This document shows positions 29,237 through 41,823 of a DNA stretch of 64,000 nt, piece after piece. Source of the stretch: an uncultured Thermoprotei archaeon (GTDB lineage: Archaea > Thermoproteota > Thermoprotei > Thermofilales > B15-G2); the NCBI GenBank assembly GCA_965367815.1, contig CBDUKN010000016.1:1-64000 (forward strand), given 5' to 3'. The notes beneath the pieces were generated by a model. That model saw nothing but the letters and a program-made list of their open reading frames with translations. It had not been told where the DNA came from and ran no database searches. A program made the translations under genes and the position numbers. Numbering within the stretch: the stretch's first letter is position 1; every line of letters starts with the position of its first letter.

Positions 29237-30272
29237 ATGGGTGAGAGCATGTTATTAAGAAAAAGTCTATTATTAAATAATAAGGGTTTCAGTGTAGCTT
29301 GTATAGCTGTATTCTTATCTTTAATGATTTTACTTATTATTGTTCAAAATAAGTTAACAGTACTTCAAGGCGAGTCTCAATTCTGTTCATTAAACTACGT
29401 AATATATAGACTGCCCAGTAAATTGAGTACCGTCAAAAAATATCCTACTTTACTTAAAGTTCCTGAAGCCAAAAATACTAATAGAGATTACATATCCCTT
29501 TATATGCTTAATGGAGAAAAAAATAAGGATTAAGTGTAGAGATGCTTTTATTAGAATAGATTTTATTGAAACTAAAAATAATAAATACGTTTTAGCTGAA
29601 ATTAAACTAACAATTATTGATTTAAATAATAGGACTAAAACGATACTAGCTAATGAAATCTTGATCAACAAGGAAACTAGAGAAGTTTTTCTACTAAATG
29701 GTACAAGAATAGGTATTACTGCAGTATGGCTTCCTTTAAGCTGGCTTAATCACGGTAAATCTATGCGTATTAGCGAGACTCTTGGAATGAAGTCTATTAA
29801 ATATTCCCCTATGGGAGAATATTTAGCTGATTTCAAGTGGCTCGGCTGGAGAAAAGCTTACGTAATTTCAGCTGACATGTATGACAGTGAAGCAGCTATA
29901 CTCATGACAAAAGACGATATACTTAGTAAAAAGGAAACAAAATACTGGAAAGTACTTAAAGTATATAAAAAGTATTCTAAAGAACTTGGAAGAAACGCTA
30001 CCTTTGCCTTAATTTTATGGAAAACTGATAATTCAACTGAAGAAATACCGCTGGAAAGCAACTTTAAGAGAGCAAAATTAAAGAGGGGGTATTATCTCAT
30101 AGGAGTAAATGTCTATGACGCTGAGACAGGTTTAGCTAATCACTTACCAGTAATAGACCCTTTATTAGCAGCACTAGGGATAAAAATAAATTTTGAAGAC
30201 TTCTACTTATATAAATATGAAATAAAAGCAATTAAAGAAAATCATCTAAAACACTATATTGATGCTCCCTAA
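29237..30272 (+). pseudogene. Membrane-anchored basic hypothetical protein, single frameshift in the A7 run at about 29517-29523
   Basis: ORFs 29237..29533 and 29511..30272 join if one A is removed; N-terminal TM; YDAETGL motif. Confidence 0.7.
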
Positions 30273-30414
30273 GCTTAATTCTAAATATTTTTATTTATTT
30301 CAAACCAGTTTTCAATAAAATGTTTTATCTTAATTAACTGTTTTCACTAATTCAAGGTAATCTAAATTCTCTTAAATGTATCAAATTCCTGTAAATAATG
30401 AAATCTTATATATT

Positions 30415-30831
30415 TTATTTCCTTTCGCACTTAAGTATTTTAACACCTTCTCTAGAGCACACTTCAATTAATTCTTTATCGTAAGTCAATATAGGTAAGT
30501 TTAGTTCTTTAGCTATGCTGAGAATTAATTTATCATTAAATTCTTTAAATGGGATACCGTTATCTTTTACTATTTTTAGTGCTTCTTTGAAGTTTTTACG
30601 CTTAATAGGAACTATTATAAACTTATTGTCTTCAAGAAGCTCGTTGAGCCTTTTTGCAATAAATTTATCGCTTAAGCCGAGTTTCTTTAAAACGAGAATA
30701 TATTCTATTAGTACAATAGATGGTATTAGGACGAAGGATGCTTTAGATAAAAGGAGCTTTACTTCTTCATGGAAATCTGAGTCTTCAATAGTATCATAGA
30801 CGAGGACATTTGTATCTACTATGAATTCCAT
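30415..30831 (-). CDS. vapC: PIN-domain toxin (VapC)
   Basis: IVDTNVLVY, VLIEY, FNDKLIL, LTYDKEL. Confidence 0.9.
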   Translation of the reverse strand: MEFIVDTNVLVYDTIEDSDFHEEVKLLLSKASFVLIPSIVLIEYILVLKKLGLSDKFIAKRLNELLEDNKFIIVPIKRKNFKEALKIVKDNGIPFKEFNDKLILSIAKELNLPILTYDKELIEVCSREGVKILKCERK

Positions 30832-31082
30832 TCAACAACACCACTCCAGGACTCTTCAATTAATTCCTCTATTTTTTCTGGAGGAAGTTTTCTACCCAGC
30901 TTAACTGTTGATCTTTTTCTAGTTTTTCTTTCTTTTAAATGTTCCTCAAGAATCTCAAGTTTTCTCAGCTTCTGGTTTATAAGATATGAAATTTTCTTAG
31001 TAGTACCATATTTCTCAATAGACTCTTTTACAAGCTTCTGATAAATATCATCATCTAGTAGCACAGTAGTTTTAACTACCAC
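30819..31082 (-). CDS. RHH-type antitoxin
   Basis: VVKTTVLLDDDIYQKLVKESIEKYG; overlaps vapC. Probable GTG start at 31082. Confidence 0.8.
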   Translation of the reverse strand: MVVKTTVLLDDDIYQKLVKESIEKYGTTKKISYLINQKLRKLEILEEHLKERKTRKRSTVKLGRKLPPEKIEELIEESWSGVVEWNS

Positions 31083-31356
31083 AAGTTTCTTTACGGCTAT
31101 ATGGTAATAAATTTTACGGCAGAATATCGAATTATAGCACATAGATAATTATTCCCGTTTACAACAACTGATGTATAAGTATTTAAGAAAACTGAGCAAC
31201 TTGCTATCTATTCCGAAAACAACTTAGTCTCTAAATATACAAATCAAGGATAGTTCATTGAATTTCTTGATAAATCTTCAATGAGAATAATTTTACCTAA
31301 TTTTTCTCTTTTTTTTAAAAAAAAATACCACAAGAAATATAAGAAATTTCTGAGCT

Positions 31357-31755
31357 ATGTTTTATGTGAGAATGTTAGTAAATACAAAAATGTTACTCGC
31401 AATAATGGCTATCATTTCACTAACACCACTTGCTATAGCAGTGTTTCGATCTAATGTAAGCGGGACGGTGCCAGCGGAGGGCTACAAGATTCTTGGAGAA
31501 TGGGATGGAGTAACTTATTCAGAGTATACTATTTATTACTCACCAATTGATGTTATTATAGCTTTAGTTATAGTAGATACATATATAGATCAGTCAGATG
31601 TAACTCTTTACCTCCCTACTGCAGGAGGATACATTCATGCATCTCATGTTCCCTCATTATATGCATGTATTGAGCGCGCCGTACTAGTAAATGACAATGA
31701 TATATCAGTATCCTACTCTGGTACACTATATGTAGAGACAGTGTATGACCCCTAA
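31357..31755 (+). CDS. Small secreted acidic beta-rich hypothetical protein
   Basis: Signal peptide ending AIA; Tyr/Val/Asp-rich; ends YDP. Confidence 0.7.
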   Translation: MFYVRMLVNTKMLLAIMAIISLTPLAIAVFRSNVSGTVPAEGYKILGEWDGVTYSEYTIYYSPIDVIIALVIVDTYIDQSDVTLYLPTAGGYIHASHVPSLYACIERAVLVNDNDISVSYSGTLYVETVYDP

Positions 31756-31766
31756 GAGGTGAGAAT

Positions 31767-32333
31767 ATGAGGAAATACTTATTATCTTTGACTGCAGTTC
31801 TACTAGCAGTAATAGTTGGACTGACAATAGTTCACTTGACAGTTAATAACGCAAGCAAATATAGCTTAAGGAACGAATACCTTATAACAAAGGAATACCC
31901 TGCGCAAATATGCGACGGAAATACAGATAGGTATTCGGAGGCTATAGCTTTAGCTAAAAAGGTTTTAAGTAAGTATCCGAAGATATCAGAAGACTATCTG
32001 TTAAAAAAGTATGGGCTTAAAGTTACTCCACCTTCAAAGAAAGATATTAAAGAATTTCTGGAGAGAAATAAGTTCGGGTTATTAGCGGGATATGGCTGGG
32101 TATACGTGCTAGATTCTAGGACGGGAAAAATATTAGGTATGCTAACTAAAAAGACAAAGCTCAATGTGGGAGATAGACTTCTCTTCGTGGTGCATTTAAT
32201 TACATTTAATGGTACATACGTAGGAACTACAGTATATGAATGGATCGTAGTAAAATTAAATGCTGAGAAAAACTTTCCCATAGAAGGCAAAACAAAAGTA
32301 ATAGGATGGTTTAAAATGCAAGTAAAACCCTAA
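31767..32333 (+). CDS. Membrane-anchored basic hypothetical protein
   Basis: GAGGTGA ribosome-binding site, N-terminal TM, Lys-rich, ends VKP. Confidence 0.75.
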   Translation: MRKYLLSLTAVLLAVIVGLTIVHLTVNNASKYSLRNEYLITKEYPAQICDGNTDRYSEAIALAKKVLSKYPKISEDYLLKKYGLKVTPPSKKDIKEFLERNKFGLLAGYGWVYVLDSRTGKILGMLTKKTKLNVGDRLLFVVHLITFNGTYVGTTVYEWIVVKLNAEKNFPIEGKTKVIGWFKMQVKP

Positions 32334-32539
32334 CTATTTATATTTTTCTCCCTAAGATTTGTATTAAGTGTTAATTATTTCTTTTCTAAAAGTCTTAGTT
32401 CTCAATAGTACTGTGAATAAAAACACCTGTATCTGCTATAGATTCTATTCGATAATATTTTTAAAGTTTTCAGCAAAGTGTTATCGCTAGTTAAGAAGCT
32501 CATAAGTTATTTCTGTAAAATAATTTGGAATTAAATAGT

Positions 32540-33367
32540 TTATTTAATTAGGCCTCTTTCTTTAGCTTTTTTAAGGTAAAATTCTTTATATGACATTATT
32601 TGTACTCCTTTATCTAGAGCATACTTTACCATTTCTTTAACTATTTTCATTTCAGGGTCTTTCCAGAAGCTCGAGTGGTCGTGTTGGACATAGCACCAGA
32701 CCAAATTCTTTTCTGCAATATAGTCTATTGTCTTTTTAACATAGTCTAAGTATTCTTCTCTAGACTTATGTCTCTCTTTAAGCGCATTATCGTGCCATCC
32801 TTGTATAGGGAACTCGAGTATAGGCGGGTATGTTGGAACATATTCGTCGTACCAGAAAGGCTGTATATCGAGGCTTACTGGAGGAGAATCTCTCTCGTTT
32901 CGCTCCCAGCTTCTCGTAAATCTTATTCCAATACGCCATAAAGCTTCAAGTAAGTCTGGCATATCGAGTAAGCCTCGGTAGCAGCCCCATGGAGCAGTCA
33001 AACCAATGCACTCGACTCCTAGTAGAGCTTTAAGAAGCTCTGAAGTAATTCGTACTTCAGCTTCTATTTCCTTGGGATGTGCTCCTTTAATTAATTTGTT
33101 GCCTCTATACTCTATTACAAGTGTTTTAAACAGTATATGTGAAAATGTATGTTGTTGAAAATCTATTAAATGAGAGTATTTCTCTTTAACTCTTTTAAAT
33201 TCATTTAAATGATATATTAGAGTCTTGCCTAGCACAAAGAATGTGCATGGAGCACCGTATTCGTCATGGATTTTCGGCGCAAGTTCAAGGAACTTCACAG
33301 TAGTGTCTGATCTATGTTGAGTCTCGACATCATATCCTATAAGGAGAACAGGTTTACTGGAACTCAC
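32540..33367 (-). CDS. Polysaccharide deacetylase family (CE4-like)
   Basis: GYDVE, TFFVLG, QQHTFSH, TAPW, QHDH motifs. Confidence 0.8.
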   Translation of the reverse strand: MSSSKPVLLIGYDVETQHRSDTTVKFLELAPKIHDEYGAPCTFFVLGKTLIYHLNEFKRVKEKYSHLIDFQQHTFSHILFKTLVIEYRGNKLIKGAHPKEIEAEVRITSELLKALLGVECIGLTAPWGCYRGLLDMPDLLEALWRIGIRFTRSWERNERDSPPVSLDIQPFWYDEYVPTYPPILEFPIQGWHDNALKERHKSREEYLDYVKKTIDYIAEKNLVWCYVQHDHSSFWKDPEMKIVKEMVKYALDKGVQIMSYKEFYLKKAKERGLIK

Positions 33368-33471
33368 ATTAAGAATAGTGTCCGATAAAATAAAACACTT
33401 AGCACGAAATAAAATCTACACTAAAATCGAGCATAAAAATCAATTATCTTTTATAAGAACTTAAGGTGTGT

Positions 33472-33494
33472 CTATACACTCTTTAAGTGTATAG
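33472..33494. repeat. 9-bp perfect inverted repeat CTATACACT-N5-AGTGTATAG
   Basis: Directly visible in the intergenic DNA upstream of the deacetylase. Confidence 0.6.
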
Positions 33495-33504
33495 TGCTAA
33501 GTAG

Positions 33505-33660
33505 TATTTGTCCTTCCATAAGATCAATGTAGAGGTAGCGGTCTTTTCAGAGTAGAATACCTACCATAAATTTAAGCACTTTCCAAGATTCCGTCTCCTT
33601 TCTATGTAAAAAATGGCGCTGATTTTTATGCTGTTAGCAGAAATAATTCTTTCAACTTCT
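33505..33660 (-). pseudogene. Decayed paralog fragment of the 29237..30272 protein
   Basis: With two 1-nt corrections it reads KETESWKVLKIYGRYSTLKRTATSTLILWKD, versus KETKYWKVLKVYKKYSKELGRNATFALILWKT. Confidence 0.65.
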
Positions 33661-33677
33661 TATTGATCAAAAACTTA

Positions 33678-34607
33678 TTATTCAATTATGTGTGCTGGTG
33701 GAGCTAAGTGAGCCTGCTTTATTTTAACTGATATTCCTTCGTTTTCGTAGACTTCTTTTACTACTTTTTCTACCGTTGAGGAGGTTTGTTCATCGACTAG
33801 TATTAGTAGCGAGGGTCCTGCTCCGCTTATGGCTACTCCTTTTGCACCATTAGTTAAAGCTACTTCCCTTATTTTGCGGTATAGTGGTACATATACTTCT
33901 CTTGCGGGCTCGACTATTTCATCAAACATTCCTTCGCCTAGGACTTTGAGGTTGCCTGTAGTCAAGCCGTATATTAGTGCGGCTAGTCTGCCTGCGTTTC
34001 TTACGTGTACTTCTAGAGGTATTTTCTTGGGTATGATACTTCGTACAATACTTGTTTTTCTTAAGGGAGCTTTTACTTCGGGTAAGACTATTAGGAAGAG
34101 TGGTTCTACTGGAGGCTTTATTTTAATTACTTTGAGTGGTGTGAAGCTGTAGAGTACTACTATGTGTCCTAGATAGCTTGCAGCGACGCTTTCGTAGTGT
34201 CTTATTCCAGCTGATATGAGTTCTCCTTCGCCAGCATATTTTATGGCTTCTTCTGGTGAAAGCTCTATGCCTAGTGTTTTTGATACTGCGAGCACGGCCG
34301 CTGCCGCTGAGGCTCCGCTACTGCCGAGTCCTTTTTCCACGGGAATTCCTTTCCACAGTTCAAGGTATACTCTGTAAGGTAGCTTTTTCTCTTCGAGCAT
34401 GTATTCTACTGCGCGCTTAGCTGTATTCAGTTCTTTTGAAAGATTTTCGCCGTAAGGTCCTCTAATATCGGTTATCACTACTTCTGGCTTACTGTCTTCA
34501 GAGTAGTCTACTACGGATACTTCGTCGTAAAATGCGTCTAGTGCTGCTGCAACGAGGTCAAATCCTGGCCCAAGGTTAGCTGAAGAGCAGTATGCGCGTG
34601 CCTTCAA
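33678..34607 (-). CDS. thrB: Homoserine kinase
   Basis: SSANLGPGFD, KGIPVEKGLGSSGASA (GHMP), ISGAGPS. Confidence 0.9.
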   Translation of the reverse strand: MKARAYCSSANLGPGFDLVAAALDAFYDEVSVVDYSEDSKPEVVITDIRGPYGENLSKELNTAKRAVEYMLEEKKLPYRVYLELWKGIPVEKGLGSSGASAAAAVLAVSKTLGIELSPEEAIKYAGEGELISAGIRHYESVAASYLGHIVVLYSFTPLKVIKIKPPVEPLFLIVLPEVKAPLRKTSIVRSIIPKKIPLEVHVRNAGRLAALIYGLTTGNLKVLGEGMFDEIVEPAREVYVPLYRKIREVALTNGAKGVAISGAGPSLLILVDEQTSSTVEKVVKEVYENEGISVKIKQAHLAPPAHIIE

Positions 34608-34617
34608 CGCGCATCCC

Positions 34618-35742
34618 TCACGATATGGGCTCGTAGACTATTCCTAGTTCTTCTGCGAGCTTATAGGCTCTATTCATTTCCTCTAAGTAGGGTCTGCGGT
34701 AAATGTCAGGGTATTTTTCTGGATACCGTGCTACAATGTATTCTGGCCTATACTGCTCCATAATATTTACTAGTGCTCTGGGAGTGTTTGCCGCAATCCA
34801 CTTTAGTATTGGCTTCGTGCAGCACTCGATGTGGTTTGGTAAGACTAAGTGCCTTATGATCATGTCGCCGCACTCGTGTGCGAACTTGTGGTTGCGTGTA
34901 ACTATTTCCCAGTAGTTCTTTACACCAGATAGCCTTTCAGCACACTTGTCGTTTCCGTACTTGAAGTCAGGGAGCCATATGTCTATGACTTCTCTTAAAA
35001 GCTTCATTGTTTCTTCACTACAGTAGAAGTTGCTGTTCCAGAGCTGAGGAACATTGGCTTCGAGGTACAGCAGAGACTCCAGGATTACGTGGAGGTTTGG
35101 TGTCGGCTCTCCTCCCACGTGGTTAATGTTCTTGGCGCCTGTTTTCCTCAATTTTTCCTGCATACGGGCTAACTTAACAGCGTCTACTACTATTCCGGCG
35201 TAAGGGTTTTCTTGAGAAATATCCCAGTTCTGACAGAAAACGCACCTGAAGTTGCATGAGCCGTAGAAAATTGTTCCGCTGGGGACTAGAGGTGCTTCTT
35301 CACCTACATGGTGAAACCACGAATGAACGTATACTGTTTTATCTAAGCGACAGAAGCCTTTCTGGCCTTTAAGCCTGTTTACACCACACCTGTGTTCACA
35401 GAAACAGCATTTTTCTAAGAGCTTGTAAGCTATAGCTACTTTAACATGAAGAAAACTTACTTCAGGTTTCTCAATTTTACTTAAGTCCTTTTCCTCTTCT
35501 CTTATTGAGGCCCACAGTTCGTCAAATACTTTACTTAACTCATCGTGAAGCTTCCAGAGTTCATCAAGAGACATAGACTTTAAGTCTTTTTCACCTGCAT
35601 CTATGTGCTTACATATAATGAATTTAGCTGGCTTGCGATCCTCCATAACACTTTTGTACCAAGAGAGCCTCTTGCAGACTTCTTCGTAACTCCATACAGT
35701 ATACGAGTCTGGCCTAATGAGCCATAAACCTATTCTTTCCAT
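34618..35742 (-). CDS. pflX: Radical SAM protein, PflX family
   Basis: C..C.HRCGVNR, H.GEE.PLVPSGTIF, CNFRCVFCQNWDISQ, GGEPT, PDFKYG, RHLVLPNH. Confidence 0.88.
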   Translation of the reverse strand: MERIGLWLIRPDSYTVWSYEEVCKRLSWYKSVMEDRKPAKFIICKHIDAGEKDLKSMSLDELWKLHDELSKVFDELWASIREEEKDLSKIEKPEVSFLHVKVAIAYKLLEKCCFCEHRCGVNRLKGQKGFCRLDKTVYVHSWFHHVGEEAPLVPSGTIFYGSCNFRCVFCQNWDISQENPYAGIVVDAVKLARMQEKLRKTGAKNINHVGGEPTPNLHVILESLLYLEANVPQLWNSNFYCSEETMKLLREVIDIWLPDFKYGNDKCAERLSGVKNYWEIVTRNHKFAHECGDMIIRHLVLPNHIECCTKPILKWIAANTPRALVNIMEQYRPEYIVARYPEKYPDIYRRPYLEEMNRAYKLAEELGIVYEPIS

Positions 35743-35871
35743 TCTAAGAATATACTGGCCACGTAGATTTATACTTTAAGCCTACTAAAGCATATAATTG
35801 CTTTATGTAGCCGAAGCAAGCGAAATAGAGAGTTTACCTTTTAAATACTAGAACGTGTAGTGTAGAAAGGT

Positions 35872-36213
35872 ATGACTACGCAGATTTTATCTACATTAGG
35901 CTCTTTCTTAGAGTTTCTTGTAGGCTGGCTAGTAAGCAGTGCAATAATATTTTTAGCTATTAAAATTTATCCAGGAAAACAGAAGAGAGAAAGTTTTGGG
36001 GGAGCACTTGCAGTGGCCCTAGTAGGCTACGTTGTTCAGAAAGCTTTAAGCTTACTTGGAATACCTTTCGCTACACTGCTATCGCTAATAGTGTGGCTTT
36101 ATATAATTGGGAAAGTATTTGAAGTAAGTTGGCTCGGAGCAGTAGTTATAGCGATAATAGTATACTTATTAAGCTTAGCTGTAGGGCTTTTAGGAATACC
36201 TAGACTAATTTAA
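35872..36213 (+). CDS. Small 4-TM membrane protein
   Basis: Four hydrophobic helices; W.GA..IA motif. Confidence 0.7.
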   Translation: MTTQILSTLGSFLEFLVGWLVSSAIIFLAIKIYPGKQKRESFGGALAVALVGYVVQKALSLLGIPFATLLSLIVWLYIIGKVFEVSWLGAVVIAIIVYLLSLAVGLLGIPRLI

Positions 36214-36326
36214 ATGAAATATTATACTATTAGGACTTAATTAAACGCATATACTTAACGAGCTAAGATTTCTGCTAGTGAGTCCATGGTCTTTTATGAG
36301 CTATATGTGTATTATTAATGAAGCTG

Positions 36327-36797
36327 TTATGAACTACTTTTATGTTCTAAACTATGTTTACTTAGCTCCTCCAGTACTTTTGGATACTTTCTTAGAAGCT
36401 CATCTACTAGGTGCAAATACCTAGCTATTCTAACGGTTTCAGGCTTAATTTCGTATAGCTGTTCGCCATTTACGACGACGTAGTGTTTCCTAGGTAGGCT
36501 GTTTCCTACAAGAAATACTGCTTCATTTACACTTGCGTGAAGAGTAAAGCAGTGAGGACTTCCCTCAGTTGTAACGACAGTAATGCTTTTTGGTTTAGAG
36601 CACTTAATAATAGCGGCTATTTTTCCATGGTGAACTGCTCCCTCTTTCTCGGGACAAGCTAGTAAAACTATTTTATTTTCTGATATTTTCTTGAAGAGAG
36701 CCGAGTTTACTTGGGGAAGACAAGCTGACGCTATTAATATGTCTGCATTTTTTAAATAAGGTGCTTTAACCCATACACTTAAGAGCCATCGAATCAT
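36327..36797 (-). CDS. Putative Fe-S binding protein (similar to the C-terminal domain of hcp-associated 4Fe-4S proteins)
   Basis: APYLKNADILIASAC, LLACPE, ITVVTTEGSPHC. Confidence 0.6.
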   Translation of the reverse strand: MIRWLLSVWVKAPYLKNADILIASACLPQVNSALFKKISENKIVLLACPEKEGAVHHGKIAAIIKCSKPKSITVVTTEGSPHCFTLHASVNEAVFLVGNSLPRKHYVVVNGEQLYEIKPETVRIARYLHLVDELLRKYPKVLEELSKHSLEHKSSS

Positions 36798-36907
36798 ATG
36801 GCTATAGTACTCGAAAACTATTATTTCTAGTGGATAAATTAGAGTTTAACTTATTGTAAAGTTAAACGTTAAACTATTTAACCGAATACTCGGTATAAAG
36901 TCCTAGT

Positions 36908-37150
36908 ATGAGGTATAGAGTTAAAGTACATAAAAAGGGCATAGTAGTTATTCCCGCTGAAGTCAGGAGAAAATATGGTATAGTTGAGGGAATGTTTCTT
37001 GAGCTTATTGAAGAAGAAGACGGAATTAAGTTAATTAAGTCTCCTTCTCTGGAAGAAGCCTTCGGTATTGACGGCGAGAAAGCACTTGAGGTAGTTAAGT
37101 TAATTGAAGAGGAGAGGAAGAGGGAGAAAAGCCTTGAAGTATGTTATTGA
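36908..37150 (+). CDS. vapB: AbrB-family antitoxin
   Basis: VKVHKKGIVVIPAEVRRKYGI. Confidence 0.88.
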   Translation: MRYRVKVHKKGIVVIPAEVRRKYGIVEGMFLELIEEEDGIKLIKSPSLEEAFGIDGEKALEVVKLIEEERKREKSLEVCY

Positions 37151-37530
37151 TTCAGGTGTTTTCGCCTTATTTTTTTGCTGGAAGTATGTCGGTTAAGAAG
37201 TATTTTAATGAAATATTTAAGGGTTTAGCTAAAGGATATACTCTTGAATTGAATATAGCTGAGTTCATGTATAACTATGCTAAGAAGTTTGGGTGGGAGA
37301 CTGCTAAAGCTAGAGCATCTTTAATTAGAAATAGTAGAATCGCTGTACTGACATTAGATGAAAACTTAACAGAAAAAGCTGCTAAATTTAAATTAAAGTA
37401 TAGAAATTTACTCTCACTGGTAGACTGCTATACTGCAGCACTAGCTGAAGTTGTTAAGGGAACTATATTAACTACTGACGAAAATTTAGCTTCTATAAAA
37501 GAAGTTAAAGCAGTATTATTCAAGGTTTGA
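37134..37530 (+). pseudogene. vapC: VapC PIN toxin with a +1 frameshift in the T7 run (about 37170-37176)
   Basis: TTG start gives MKYVIDSGVFALFF; removing one T joins it to AGSMSVKKY...NIAEF...LSLVDC...LTTD. Confidence 0.8.
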
Positions 37531-37559
37531 GAAAGAAAGTATCAACTAAATATAGGCAG

Positions 37560-38510
37560 TAAGCTTCATTAGATACTTATGAGAAGAGAGTAATCATAGG
37601 AGTAGAAAATAGTTTATAGTTATCTTTTTACTATAAATACTTTGAATCCCCTTTGATATGTTCCATCAAAGTTGTCTCACCAAGCGCTGCCAGGCTTTCT
37701 GTATAAGTAGCTTACTTGAAATGCAGGGTTAAACAGGTCTTCCCAGAAGACAAGAAAATCTGCTTCGATTTCTTCGCTCAATACTTCAACATAAATTTAA
37801 ACACGCCGTCAGGGTCGTGCCATTCAAATATTCAGTCCTTTTTCCCTAAAGTAGGATTAAGCACTATTACGATAGGAGAGTCGAAGGGTCGTCTGGTTCC
37901 ATGGAACCCAGCTAGTTGAAATAGTATAAGAATCTGACATAATTACTACTGCAGAGCTATAGCGTATTTTCCGGAAGAATAGTCGAAGCACACCCGATGG
38001 AATTTTCCTCAGCTGTGTCACCGTTAGTATCAGCTAAAAGTACAATTTTCTTAAGAGGCTTTCTCTGGCTACATGTTTTCAGTACAGAGCCGGCTATCGG
38101 GAAAGAAGTTTCAACAGAACCTGAAGCAAGCTTAACGAAATATTTCTCAGACTCACTTACATTCTCCGCTATTTCATGCAGAAGAATATTCTATAAAACT
38201 ATTTTTCTCGCTTCTTTTGGCTTTGGCTTAAAGATTCCTTTCTCAAATAAGAGTACTCTGCCTTCAAAGTCGGTAACATATATTCCAGTCACAACTATCT
38301 CTCTGTTTTCAAGATTTCTGGCATAAATGATAAGGCTTCCGCTTTCTCCTACTTTAACTCCCTCTATCTCTGCTTTTCCACATAATTCTTCTATAGGAAG
38401 ATAGCCTCGCTTTCTTGTCTCTATCCAGGAATAAAATATTGTTGCAGATAAAACAGCTATAAGTAAGAGTACTACTATAGCTATTATTGAAGTAGCCCCC
38501 TTTCTTTCAC
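37560..38510 (-). pseudogene. Large type IV pilin-like protein relic with multiple frameshifts and stops
   Basis: RKG/ATSIIAIVVLLLIAVLSATIFYSWI class III signal peptide, AEIEGV..SLIIYARN, later DFLVFWEDLFNP. Confidence 0.65.
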
Positions 38511-38641
38511 TTGTTGAGAAATCAGTTTACAGTATATAAGTTTATTGAACATAAATAAAAACTATTACTAGTTTTCAGTAACAGCTTACTACCTATTAAA
38601 GTAAAGTACTTTAATTTAATGCGCAAACTTTTTCCTAGCCA

Positions 38642-39385
38642 CTATGTAGGTTTAGCTAATCGATATACTTTAAAAATATAGGCAGGATTATTTGCTTTAT
38701 AAAAGCTTAAAGCTGCTCTGTCGGCCGAAGTCGCTTTAAGGCGTCTAAGTACTCGCACTACAGTGAGATACCTTCCCCCTATATCTTTAGCTAGCGAAGC
38801 CGCTTCAAGAAGTAGTCTAGTCCCTATACGCTTTCTCCAGTACTCTCTACATACGTGTACTCCGAAGTCTATGTTGAAGTTGTATTTGTTTAGCATAGCT
38901 ATTCCAACAGACTTATTTCCTACCCAAGCAGACAGTACTAAGTGAAGATCTTTTCTAGGCTTAACAGAAAATCTCCAGCTTCTCTTAGTGACTTCTTCTA
39001 CTACTTTTATTGCCTCTGAGTAATCTAGTATCCTTATATCTACACGCCGACATGCGTCAAGAAAATTTAGCTTACTTAAGTCCCATACGAAGAAGAATGA
39101 GCACGCGTCTACCGCTAAACACAAGTTTTCTTCGGTTAGCAGTAGTAAATCGGAGTCTCTGCGTTTAGCGTAATTAGCCCACTTTTCGATAAGCTTAGTT
39201 GCATCGCGCTTAGAGTATATGAAGAGGCCTCCTGAAGATCTTTTAGCTTTAGGCCACTCTGCAGCCACTATAAATGCTTCTTTAGTGCTGTAAAGTACTT
39301 CTATTTTGCCTACAGTCTTATTCCAAAAAGTTCTCAAAACATACGAATACTTAAGCCAGTTTTTAAACCAGTCTGCGTCTATCAC
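38642..39385 (-). CDS. GNAT-family N-acetyltransferase
   Basis: VHVCREYWRKRIGTRL and AALSFYKAN. Confidence 0.8.
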   Translation of the reverse strand: MIDADWFKNWLKYSYVLRTFWNKTVGKIEVLYSTKEAFIVAAEWPKAKRSSGGLFIYSKRDATKLIEKWANYAKRRDSDLLLLTEENLCLAVDACSFFFVWDLSKLNFLDACRRVDIRILDYSEAIKVVEEVTKRSWRFSVKPRKDLHLVLSAWVGNKSVGIAMLNKYNFNIDFGVHVCREYWRKRIGTRLLLEAASLAKDIGGRYLTVVRVLRRLKATSADRAALSFYKANNPAYIFKVYRLAKPT

Positions 39386-39532
39386 TGCATTATACCTATT
39401 GGGCTTCGATTTAAATAAATCAAGCTACGCTAGCTGGTACTCTTGAAGCTTAGTAAAATTCTCGACGAATTTAGATTAGTCAGATAAAGTGTTTTTGCAT
39501 ACTGTTTTATTTGTGTACTAGAATGTTTTTCT

Positions 39533-41729
<2,197 letters not shown>

Positions 41730-41823
41730 AAATTCATCCACTTAATCCTGTCAGCACATAAATAAAAGCTTTAAGCACTTAATATAGTAAGAAATTTATG
41801 TAAGAAAAAGTAAGACTATTTTG

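Noticed and set aside
37716-38326. Plus-strand ORFs 37716..37919 and 37997..38326
   Set aside because: Antisense shadows of the minus-strand pilin relic.
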